From a virus (taxonomy: Duplodnaviria; Caudoviricetes), in the IMG/VR virus record IMGVR_UViG_3300046482_000097, positions 1 to 24,534 of that record: DNA of 24,534 nucleotides, one strand, 5' to 3'. The translations under genes and the position numbers were made by a program. The notes beneath the pieces were generated by a model, which had not been told where the DNA came from, did no database searches, and worked only from the letters and a program-made list of their open reading frames with translations. The first letter of the stretch is position 1. The number at the start of each line of letters is the position of its first letter. Below, one piece after another: positions 8,135-15,913 of the stretch.

Positions 8135-8625
8135 TGCTCGGGAGAATCTATCGCGTACCGATCAGCGGCACGATCGCCCAGTCGAGTGGCGATTACGATC
8201 TGCTGAACGTCTCACCGGCGGATGACAAGCCGTGTATGCTCTTCGGCTGGTCGTTGGGCCAGATTACCGAAGCGGGCGACGCGGCGGCGGAAATGCTCGA
8301 CCTGTCGATCCGCAAGGTCACCGGCAGCATTACGGACAGTAGTGGCGGCGACTCGATCACCGTTTTAACCCCCCCTGGTTACGCAAGCGTCGGATTTACC
8401 GCTCGATCGCGAGACTCGGCGATCACGACGCAGACCGGCGGTGCGGATGATCTGATCGAGCGTCGCGGCTGGAATCTGCAAGCCGCTCCCTACGATATGT
8501 ATCTCCCGGAAGAGTTGATCCCGGCGACGCTGGTCAGACAGGGTGAGCGGCTGATCGTTCGGCTCGAGACGGCCGTCGCCGACGATCTCACGATCAAGGG
8601 TGTCTTCTACGTCATCGAGATCTAA
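8134..8625 (+). CDS. Hypothetical beta-sandwich protein, putative structural adaptor
   Basis: Start re-called to ATG 8134 (TAATG overlap, AAGGAG RBS); 163 aa ending LIVRL...TIKGVFYVIEI, a jelly-roll-like strand pattern. Confidence 0.7.
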   Translation: MLGRIYRVPISGTIAQSSGDYDLLNVSPADDKPCMLFGWSLGQITEAGDAAAEMLDLSIRKVTGSITDSSGGDSITVLTPPGYASVGFTARSRDSAITTQTGGADDLIERRGWNLQAAPYDMYLPEELIPATLVRQGERLIVRLETAVADDLTIKGVFYVIEI

Positions 8626-8628
8626 GAC

Positions 8629-10128
8629 GTGCCACTGATCACGCGGTCGCGGATCGTTCGGTATCTGCCGACGCGACGCTTCGTCACGTCGAAGTTGACG
8701 AATCTGATCCTGCAGTCTGTCGACGGGACGCTGACGACCGCCGGTGCACTTTCGAAGCAGATCGGGAAGATCACGTCGGCGACGCTGACGACCGCTGGGG
8801 CGCTGACGAAACAGACCGCCCGAGTCCTGACCGCGACGCTGACGACGGCCGGCGCACTCACCAAGCAGACAGCGCGCGCACTCGAGGCGACGCTGACCTC
8901 GGCCGGCGCCATCACCAAACAGACACAGAAGGTCCTGGTCGGGACGCTCTCGAGCTCCGGGACGCTGATCGTCCTCTGTCTGAAGGCGCTCAGCGGCACA
9001 CTGACGACTGCTGGCGATCTGGTCAAGCAGACCGCCAGGGCGCTCGACGCGACGCTGACCTCGAGCGGGGCGCTCGCGGCGATCAAGATCGCCCTGAAGT
9101 CGCTCGACGCGACGTTGACGACGGCCGGCGCACTCCTGAAGCAGACACACAGGGCGCTGACGGCGACGCTCACGACTGAGGGCACGCTCGCCACGTCGAC
9201 GATCAAGTTGCTCGAGGCAACACTGACGACATCCGGCGCCCTCACCACGATTAAAGCCGCGCTGAAGTCGCTCGAGGCGACCGTCACGACCGCCGGCGCG
9301 CTCGCCAAGCAGGCCCAAAAAACGCTCGCGGGCACGCTGACGACGTCCGGAACATTAACCCCCCTGCTTCAGAAAACGCTCGCGGCGACGCTCTCAACGG
9401 CCGGGACGCTGCTGAAGCAGACCAGCCGGGAGCTGCTGGCGACGCTCTCGACGTCCGGCGCACTGACCGCGGCCAAGATCGCGCTCCGGTCGCTCGAGGG
9501 CACCCTGAGCACGGCCGGCGCACTGACGACACAGACTGCCCGGTCGCTGACGGCGACCCTCTCGAGCTCCGGCGCACTCGTGAAGTTGACGGCGAAGGCG
9601 CTCACAGCGACCCTGTCGAGCTCCGGCACGGTCACGGCGATCAAGACGGCGCTCCGATCATTCGACGGAACGCTGACCACCGCCGGCGACCTCTCGAAGT
9701 CGACTGCGAAGACATTCGTCGCCTCGCTCAGCACGGCCGGCGCACTCACGAAGAGCACGGCCAAGTCGCTGGCGGCGACGCTGACGACGGCCGGCACGCT
9801 GACGATCGTGCGGGCGAAGGCCTTCGTCGCGACGCTCACCTGCTCCGGCGCGCTGTCCCGACACATTGCCAGGGCACTGTCCGGCGAAATAACCCCCCTC
9901 TCTACGCTAAATAAACAGACGTCGACGTCGACGGCCGGGACGCTCGCGATCACGGCCGTGCTGACGGCGGTACTCTTCGCGCCGCCGCCGGAAGGATTCG
10001 TCCGTCAGGCCAGGACGAAGGCGCCGAAACTGTCGACGGTCTCCACCTCCTCGCCGACCATCCGACCGAGCTCAACGTCGGAGCCAACACTTCGCCCGAC
10101 GCAGACGAAGAAACCGAGGATCATCTGA
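8629..10128 (+). CDS. Thr/Ala/Leu-rich tandem-repeat protein, putative fibre core
   Basis: 22 repeats of consensus TLTTAGALTKQTAxAL(T/E)A plus a Pro/Ser/Thr-rich tail; TGATG overlap with the next gene. Confidence 0.85.
   Translation: MPLITRSRIVRYLPTRRFVTSKLTNLILQSVDGTLTTAGALSKQIGKITSATLTTAGALTKQTARVLTATLTTAGALTKQTARALEATLTSAGAITKQTQKVLVGTLSSSGTLIVLCLKALSGTLTTAGDLVKQTARALDATLTSSGALAAIKIALKSLDATLTTAGALLKQTHRALTATLTTEGTLATSTIKLLEATLTTSGALTTIKAALKSLEATVTTAGALAKQAQKTLAGTLTTSGTLTPLLQKTLAATLSTAGTLLKQTSRELLATLSTSGALTAAKIALRSLEGTLSTAGALTTQTARSLTATLSSSGALVKLTAKALTATLSSSGTVTAIKTALRSFDGTLTTAGDLSKSTAKTFVASLSTAGALTKSTAKSLAATLTTAGTLTIVRAKAFVATLTCSGALSRHIARALSGEITPLSTLNKQTSTSTAGTLAITAVLTAVLFAPPPEGFVRQARTKAPKLSTVSTSSPTIRPSSTSEPTLRPTQTKKPRII
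8728..9939 (+). repeat. Degenerate coding tandem repeat, 22 units of 54 bp (four of 60 bp)
   Basis: Recurring acgctgacgacggccggcgc(a/g)ct cores. Units 7, 10, 14 and 17 are 20 aa and the rest 18 aa. Confidence 0.9.
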
Positions 10129-10532
10129 TGGCGCTTCGACCTGTCCGCCTGGCCGTGCTCGAGGGAACCTCAGGGACGGTCGTGCTGTTCCTCGAGGATG
10201 AGAACGGCGACGCGATCCCGTTGACCTCCGTCAATTCCCTCACGCTCGACCTCTTCGACGTCAACACGCAGGAGACGATCAACGACCGCGAGGATCAGGA
10301 CGCGCTCAACGCGAACGGCGTCGCCGTGGCTGGTCTGTCGGGCCAAGTCACCTGGCAGTACGACGCGGAAGATACCCCCTACCTCGGGGAAGACGACGAC
10401 GAGCTGCCGCAGGAAGAAGAGCACGTCGCCCACTTTCGAGCGACGTGCACGCTCAACGATCGGACGGTCACGATCGCGCGAGAAGTGCGGTTTCGGGTGA
10501 AGAACGTGCAACGGTATAGCCCGACGGGGTAA
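10128..10532 (+). CDS. BppU-N-like fibre attachment/adaptor protein
   Basis: EGTSGTVVLFLEDENGDAIPLT....LTLDL...GQVTWQYDAEDT...RFRVK resembles the Ig-like baseplate-upper-protein N-terminal pattern. Confidence 0.55.
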   Translation: MALRPVRLAVLEGTSGTVVLFLEDENGDAIPLTSVNSLTLDLFDVNTQETINDREDQDALNANGVAVAGLSGQVTWQYDAEDTPYLGEDDDELPQEEEHVAHFRATCTLNDRTVTIAREVRFRVKNVQRYSPTG

Positions 10533-10594
10533 AGGCGCACCCCATGGGCGAATTTCAAATATCCCCCCCTCTCTGGCAGAACGAGGTGGTGTAG

Positions 10595-10774
10595 GTGGGA
10601 AGGCCAACAGGTTCGAAGAACCGTCCGCGCAGGAATCAGATCATTGATCGAAGTGAGATGGTCAAAAGAATCCGCGACTTCGATACGAAGATCGCGCCCA
10701 AGGTGACGGCCTTTCTCGCGGCCAAAAATACCCCCCCATACATCCGGACATCGAACAATGCCGAGTGCGACTGA
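10595..10774 (+). CDS. 59-aa basic protein with a GRPxGSKN motif (not in the ORF track)
   Basis: Manual translation VGRPTGSKNRPRRNQIIDRSEMVKRIRDFDTKIAPKVTAFLAAKNTPPYIRTSNNAECD*. GAGGTG RBS at 10583-10588; overlaps the HNH start. Confidence 0.55.
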   Translation: MGRPTGSKNRPRRNQIIDRSEMVKRIRDFDTKIAPKVTAFLAAKNTPPYIRTSNNAECD

Positions 10775-11093
10775 TCGCTTTTGTCTCACTCAAGGTTGCC
10801 GTGTGCTCGTCAAATCTGGCAGTCGTTGCCCAGAACATGCTCGAACTGCAGCGAAACGTAGTCATCCGTTCTCATGGGTCTACGACGATCCGCGGTGGCG
10901 TCAGTTGTCGCGGTTGGTTCGACGAGAGGAACCGTTGTGTCGGCTGAAATTTCCAGGCTGCACGATCGCCAGTGAAGTCGCCGATCACATCGTTCCGCAT
11001 CGTGGCAACCCGGCGCTCGCGTTCGACAGGGCGAACCTCCAGGGAGCATGTCGATTCTGTAATTCGGTGAAGGGGCGGGGGGGAGGAAACTAA
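10758..11093 (+). CDS. Terminase-associated HNH endonuclease (HK97 gp74-like)
   Basis: C...GC......RCPEH, YDDPRWRQL, EPLC, VADHIVPHRG....AFDRANLQGACRFCNSVK; located directly upstream of TerS. Confidence 0.9.
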   Translation: MPSATDRFCLTQGCRVLVKSGSRCPEHARTAAKRSHPFSWVYDDPRWRQLSRLVRREEPLCRLKFPGCTIASEVADHIVPHRGNPALAFDRANLQGACRFCNSVKGRGGGN

Positions 11094-11200
11094 CGCTGTG
11101 GTTCACATCCTCCCATCGCCGCGCGGCTCTGCGTGCTTGAAAGCTAATCTGGGGCCCCACGTTTTCACACTTGAAACCGTCCCACTTTTCAAGATGTCCA
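11077..11200. other. Putative cos packaging/cleavage region
   Basis: HNH-terS intergenic position typical of HK97-like cos phages; G7 run, GGGAGGA/TCCTCCC inverted repeat (11081-11114), CGCCGCGCGG at 11117-11126, and three CTTGAAA copies. Confidence 0.5.
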
Positions 11201-11209
11201 ATTTTTACA

Positions 11210-11644
11210 ATGCCTTGGGGCGGTAAGCGTCACGGATCGGGCCGGAAGAAACGAAGTCCAAGGACGCCACAGGCCGACGTCGTCAGGCATCCGTCTGTCC
11301 CGACGACGAATCCGGCCAGTCCGATCGAGGAGTTCGACGCACCAGACGATCTGACTATGGACGAGCGGGCGGTCTGGTTAAAGCAGGCGCCGCATGCGTT
11401 CAGTGCTCGGACGCTGACGAAGGCCACGGCCCTCGCGTTTGAGAGGTATTGCAAAACGGTCGTCCTGGAACGAAACGAATCGAGGAGTTCTGGCGTCGGC
11501 GGTCCCAATCACCGGGGCCTGCTGAAGCAGATCCGGGAGTACGAGAAAGACTTCCTCTTGACTGCTAGCGGACGCCCGCTGGTAGAGCCGGCAGCGGTGC
11601 CGAAACAGGATGACGATGACGCCTTCTTCAGTCGCGGCGCCTGA
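11210..11644 (+). CDS. terS: Terminase small subunit
   Basis: MPWGGKRHGSGRK N-terminus, APDDLT.DERAVW...AP, D/T..A.ERYC-type segment and DDDAFF tail, as in P27-family TerS; overlaps TerL. Confidence 0.8.
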   Translation: MPWGGKRHGSGRKKRSPRTPQADVVRHPSVPTTNPASPIEEFDAPDDLTMDERAVWLKQAPHAFSARTLTKATALAFERYCKTVVLERNESRSSGVGGPNHRGLLKQIREYEKDFLLTASGRPLVEPAAVPKQDDDDAFFSRGA

Positions 11645-13346
11645 GTGCTGGTGGGGCGTCGGCGAGCCTCCACATGAGCGGTGGTCTGGTGTCACGATCG
11701 CGGTGGATTCGTGCGGGGGTCGATACCGGTTCGATCCGGTGTTGGCCGGGCGTGCGTGCGACTTCTTCCCTCGGTTCTGTAGCCATTCGAAGGGGGAGGT
11801 CGCGGGGAAGCGGTTCGATCTTCTGGACTACCAAGCGCAGCTGATCCTGCGTCCGTTGTTTGGATGGGTTGACGTCGAGACTGGCCTTCGACGGTTCACG
11901 AAGTCGTACATCCAAATCCCAAAGAAGAACGGGAAGACGCAACTCATCGCCGGCCTGGCGCTCTACATGCTCCTGGCCGATAACGAACCTGGCGCCGAGG
12001 TCTATGTCGCGGCCGCTGACCGGGAGCAGGCGAGGATCCTGTTCCGTGCGGCGTCGGCGATGGTTGAGGCGTCGCCGGCGCTGAAGAAGCGGCTCGTCCT
12101 CTACAAGAACCAGATTGTCCGAGCGGATGACCCAACGGCGTTCTTCCAGGTGCTCTCAGCGGACGCGGCGACGAAGCACGGGCCGAACATCCACTGCCTC
12201 ATCATCGACGAACTGCACGCGCAGCCGAACCGGGAACTCTTCGAAGTTCTGACACGCGGCATCGTCGCCAGGCGGCAGCCGTTGATTCTGCTGATCACGA
12301 CGGCCGGCGACGATGACGAGTCGATTTGCTACGAAGAGCGGGAGTATGCGCTGAAGGTGCTGAGCGGGACGGTTCCCGACGAGCATCATCTGCCGGTGAT
12401 CTTCGAAGCGACACCGAAAGACGATCCATGGGATCCGGTCGTCTGGAGTCGTGTCAATCCAGGGTTAGGCGTCACCATTCGCGTCGACAAGCTCGCCTTG
12501 ATGGCGATGGAGGCGAAGGCGGAGCCGAGGAAGCGCAACGACTTCCTTCGGTATCACCTCAACCGATGGGTCAATCAGGCGACGGCGTGGATCCCCGTCG
12601 ATTGGCACGACGCCTGCCGAATGTCGTTCGACGATTCCCTGCTCGTCGGTCTCGAGTGCGCGGCCGGTCTCGACCTCGCGCAGAAGTGGGACCTCGCGGC
12701 GTTCGTGGTCCTGTTCCGCCGTTTCATCTCGGACGCTGTCCGGCTCGATGTGGAAGGCGAGGAGGCCGGTCCGAAGTCGATCGATCTCAATTTCGAGACG
12801 TTCGTCCTTCCGTTCTTCTGGATTCCTGAAGAGACCATGCGACAGCACGAGAAGGACGACGGCGTTCCGTATTCGCTCTGGGTGAAGGACGGTTTGGTAA
12901 CTGCGACCGGGGGCGCGATCATCGACTACTCGCGCATTTATCGGGACATCACGACAAAGATCGTCCCGAGGTTTCCACTCTTGAAGCAAGCGCTGATCGG
13001 ATACGACCCGGCGTTCGCGACGGACCTGGCGACTCAACTCCGGGATCGCGCAGGGCTGAAGGTCGTCGAAGTCCTTCAGAACTACACACACATGAGCGAG
13101 CCGGCGCAGATTTTCGAAGCGCTCGAAAAATCAGGCCGGGCGCATCACGACGGCAACCGTGTGATGAGGAATCACGTCGAGAACGTCGCGGTCAAACGAG
13201 ACGACGCCGGCAGGATTCGGCCGGTCAAGCCGAAGAAGGCGAGTAAACACATCGACGGGTGCGTGGCGAATTTGATGGCGCTCAAGTCGCTGATGCTGCA
13301 GGAGCCGGCGCCGCAGTATCAGGCGCTCATATTTTCGGGGCGGTGA
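11610..13346 (+). CDS. terL: Terminase large subunit (HK97/Terminase_1 type)
   Basis: Walker A IPKKNGKT, Walker B LIIDELH, ITTAG coupling motif, nuclease GLDLA, GYDP and HIDG. Confidence 0.97.
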   Translation: MTMTPSSVAAPECWWGVGEPPHERWSGVTIAVDSCGGRYRFDPVLAGRACDFFPRFCSHSKGEVAGKRFDLLDYQAQLILRPLFGWVDVETGLRRFTKSYIQIPKKNGKTQLIAGLALYMLLADNEPGAEVYVAAADREQARILFRAASAMVEASPALKKRLVLYKNQIVRADDPTAFFQVLSADAATKHGPNIHCLIIDELHAQPNRELFEVLTRGIVARRQPLILLITTAGDDDESICYEEREYALKVLSGTVPDEHHLPVIFEATPKDDPWDPVVWSRVNPGLGVTIRVDKLALMAMEAKAEPRKRNDFLRYHLNRWVNQATAWIPVDWHDACRMSFDDSLLVGLECAAGLDLAQKWDLAAFVVLFRRFISDAVRLDVEGEEAGPKSIDLNFETFVLPFFWIPEETMRQHEKDDGVPYSLWVKDGLVTATGGAIIDYSRIYRDITTKIVPRFPLLKQALIGYDPAFATDLATQLRDRAGLKVVEVLQNYTHMSEPAQIFEALEKSGRAHHDGNRVMRNHVENVAVKRDDAGRIRPVKPKKASKHIDGCVANLMALKSLMLQEPAPQYQALIFSGR

Positions 13347-13349
13347 CGC

Positions 13350-13580
13350 ATGGGTGAACCGCAGCTCGTGATCGTGTCGCGTGGCCGTGGACGACCGAAG
13401 GCGAAGGAGCAGGGATCCAGCGTGTCCACGTGGATCCCGGAGACACAACACGACTTCCTCGTGCGACTCGCCGACGAACGATCGACGAGTGTGTCTCAAG
13501 TCCTTCGAGACCTAGTGGATACCGCGCATCGAGTCGTCCAAAAACGGCGCGCGGCGGTCAAGTCTCCCGGGTTGAAGTAG
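13350..13580 (+). CDS. AT-hook-like plus ribbon-helix-helix DNA-binding protein
   Basis: RGRGRPK followed by VSTWIPETQHDFLVRLADERSTSVSQVLRDLV (CopG/Arc-like pattern). Confidence 0.7.
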   Translation: MGEPQLVIVSRGRGRPKAKEQGSSVSTWIPETQHDFLVRLADERSTSVSQVLRDLVDTAHRVVQKRRAAVKSPGLK

Positions 13581-13643
13581 CCATTTTCCTAACTACAAAA
13601 ATCACCGCGTAGTCCAAGCGGCTGAGCATGGACGGCGATCCCC

Positions 13644-15611
13644 ATGCTCAGTCGGGCGTTTTCCGTTCTCACGGTCAAGTCGATCGACGAGGATCAGCGC
13701 ATCATCCGCGGCGTCGCGACGACGCCCGAAGCTGACCGGATCGGCGACATCGTCGAGCCGCTCGGCGCCATCTTCAAGAATCCCCTCCCACTGTTGCTGT
13801 TCCACAAGGCCGACAAGCCGGTCGGGACGGCGGTCTTCGATACGCCCACGAAAAAAGGCATCGAGTTTACGGCGAGCCTGCCGCGGATCAACGAGCCGGG
13901 CACGCTGAGAGACCGCGTCGAGGAAGCCTGGCAGTCGCTGAAGGCCGGCCTGATCCGCGGCGTCTCGATCGGGTTCAACGCGCTCGAGGACGGCGTCGAG
14001 CTCCTCAAGACCGGCGGCCTCCGGTTCACGAAGACCGAGATCCTCGAACTCTCACTCGTTACGGTGCCGGCGAACGCGTCGGCGTCGATTCAAACGATCA
14101 AAAGCATCGTCGCCGAGCAATTCGCCATGCCTGCGCGAAACGCTCGCGGCTCTTCCTCGTCCGGTGCCTCGGACACATCTCGAAGGACTGGACCGATGAA
14201 GAAAACGATCGCGGAACGGAAGCAGGTCTGCGTCGCCGAGAAGGCGGCCAAAGTCGCGCGCATGAATGAACTCATGGGCGAGGACGACGGCGCGACACTC
14301 GACGCGGCCGGGCAGGAAGCATTCGCCACGCTGACCGACGAGATCAAGGCGATCGACGATCAGCTCGCGCGTCTCGAGACGCTCGATCGTGTGACTCGCG
14401 AGTCGGCGGTCGTCGTCAAAGGGGGGACTCCCGAGGAGGCCTCGACGGCGCGGTCGACGCAGACGTCGCGCGTGATCACGTTCAAAGAGAACCTGCCGCC
14501 CGGGTATCAGCTCGCGCGCGCGGTCATCTGCAAGATCAACGCGTACATCAATCACGTCAACGCGTACGAGGTGGCGAAGGGACTCTTCCCGAGCGACACG
14601 CGCGTGCAGGAATACCTCCGGCCGCAGTACCAGCGTGGCACCGTCGCGGCTGGCACGACCACCGACACGGACTGGGCGACGGCGCTCGTCGATCCGACGA
14701 ACCTCGCGAGCGAGTTCATCGAGTATCTGCGTCCGATGACGATCGTCGGGAAGTTCGGGACCGGCGGCATTCCGGCGCTGCGGAACGTCCCGTTCAATGT
14801 GCGCATCGTCGGCCAGACGACGGGCGGGACGGCGAACTGGGTCGGCCAGGCGAAGCCGAAGCCGCTCACGAAGTTCCACTTTGCGCCGACCACGCTCACG
14901 TGGGCGAAGATCGCCGCGATCTCGGTCATCTCCGACGAGCTCGCGCGGTTCTCGGTGCCCGGCGCGGAAGGTCTCGTCCGCGATGCCCTGTCGGAGACGA
15001 TCGTCGAGAAGATCGATACCGACTTCATCGATCCCGATGTCGCGGTCTCGGCGGACGTCTCGCCGGCGTCGATCACGAACGGCGTCACGCCACTTTCGTC
15101 TGCGGGCACGTCGGCGGATAACATCCGCTCGGACATTCAGAACCTGCTCGAGCAGTTCATTCTCAATAACCAGCGGGTGACCGGTCTCGTGCTGATCATG
15201 CCGGAGACGCTGGCACTCGCCGCGTCGATCATGGTCAACGACCTCGGGCAGCGGGAATTCCCGGACCTCGAAGTCGGCGGCGGTCGTCTGCTCGGGATCC
15301 CGGTCATCACGTCGCAGTATGCGGCGGACGAAGGGACACACGGGAACCTGCTGATCGCGGTCAACGCGCGCGAGGTCTTCCTGTCCGACGACGGGCAAGT
15401 CTCGATCGACGTGAGCCGCGAGGCCGCACTCGAGATGCTCGACACCGGGTTCACGCAAAGTCAGCCGACCGGCGCGTCGCTCGTGTCGCTGTGGCAGAAC
15501 AACTTGCTCGGCATCAAGGCGGAGCGCTACATCAACTGGAAGAAGCGGCGCGCCGAAGCCGTGTCGTACATGGACGACGTGAACTGGGGCAGCGTAGGCA
15601 GCCCGGCGTAG
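13644..15611 (+). CDS. Prohead protease-major capsid protein fusion (HK97 fold)
   Basis: N-terminal HK97-type protease (DRIGDIV, PLLLFH...PVG, GVSIGF, ELSLVTVPANASA), a coiled-coil delta domain, then capsid motifs (ANWVGQ, KIAAISVISDEL, LLGIPVITS, SLWQNN..GIKAER). Confidence 0.95.
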   Translation: MLSRAFSVLTVKSIDEDQRIIRGVATTPEADRIGDIVEPLGAIFKNPLPLLLFHKADKPVGTAVFDTPTKKGIEFTASLPRINEPGTLRDRVEEAWQSLKAGLIRGVSIGFNALEDGVELLKTGGLRFTKTEILELSLVTVPANASASIQTIKSIVAEQFAMPARNARGSSSSGASDTSRRTGPMKKTIAERKQVCVAEKAAKVARMNELMGEDDGATLDAAGQEAFATLTDEIKAIDDQLARLETLDRVTRESAVVVKGGTPEEASTARSTQTSRVITFKENLPPGYQLARAVICKINAYINHVNAYEVAKGLFPSDTRVQEYLRPQYQRGTVAAGTTTDTDWATALVDPTNLASEFIEYLRPMTIVGKFGTGGIPALRNVPFNVRIVGQTTGGTANWVGQAKPKPLTKFHFAPTTLTWAKIAAISVISDELARFSVPGAEGLVRDALSETIVEKIDTDFIDPDVAVSADVSPASITNGVTPLSSAGTSADNIRSDIQNLLEQFILNNQRVTGLVLIMPETLALAASIMVNDLGQREFPDLEVGGGRLLGIPVITSQYAADEGTHGNLLIAVNAREVFLSDDGQVSIDVSREAALEMLDTGFTQSQPTGASLVSLWQNNLLGIKAERYINWKKRRAEAVSYMDDVNWGSVGSPA

Positions 15612-15632
15612 CGTCGTTTCGGATCGTTTGGG

Positions 15633-15664
15633 GGCCGGGTCAGGCGGGCGAGCCTGGTCCGGCC
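15633..15664 (+). terminator. GC-rich hairpin after the capsid gene (weak terminator or mRNA stabiliser)
   Basis: GGCCGGGTCAGGC-gggcga-GCCTGGTCCGGCC gives a 13-bp stem with two G:U pairs, followed only by GTGTTGTG, a weak U tract. Confidence 0.55.
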
Positions 15665-15676
15665 GTGTTGTGATCT

Positions 15677-15913
15677 ATGCACCTGACTCCGATGGTCGCG
15701 CTCGTCGACTTTTCCTTCCGCACACGCACGGCGAAGGCCGGCGAACGATTCGACGCGACGCCGGTCGAGCGGATCGTGCTCAAAGCACGCAAGCAGGCGC
15801 GAGTCGCGACGGCCGCCGACGATGTCGCGGTCGATCCGGCGCCTGACACACCGACACGCAAGCGCAAGCGCACATACAGGCGACGCGACCTCGTCGCGGA
15901 GCCGAAGGCGTGA
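15677..15913 (+). CDS. Small capsid-adjacent hypothetical protein
   Basis: KAGERFDA....IVL....A N-terminus and basic KRKRTYRRRDL tail; GTGA overlap with the portal gene. Confidence 0.7.
   Translation: MHLTPMVALVDFSFRTRTAKAGERFDATPVERIVLKARKQARVATAADDVAVDPAPDTPTRKRKRTYRRRDLVAEPKA

Noticed and set aside
8369-8375. C7 tract as a phase-variation or frameshift site
   Set aside because: The run is short, the ORF is intact and no useful alternative-frame product is evident; treated as part of the recurring C-run motif.
8728-9939. Possible CRISPR array or non-coding tandem repeat
   Set aside because: Units are degenerate at third codon positions, in frame, and lack an identical repeat with unique spacers; this is a coding repeat.
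8622-9953. Long minus-strand ORFs with VSVA/SAPA repeats
   Set aside because: Antisense shadows of the + strand repeat gene; no RBS or independent motifs.
14052-15458. 468-aa minus-strand ORF and similar long antisense ORFs (2424-3695, 6020-7357, 15640-16911, 18859-20127)
   Set aside because: They lie opposite well-supported genes in high-GC DNA where stops are rare, and translate to Arg-rich low-information sequence.
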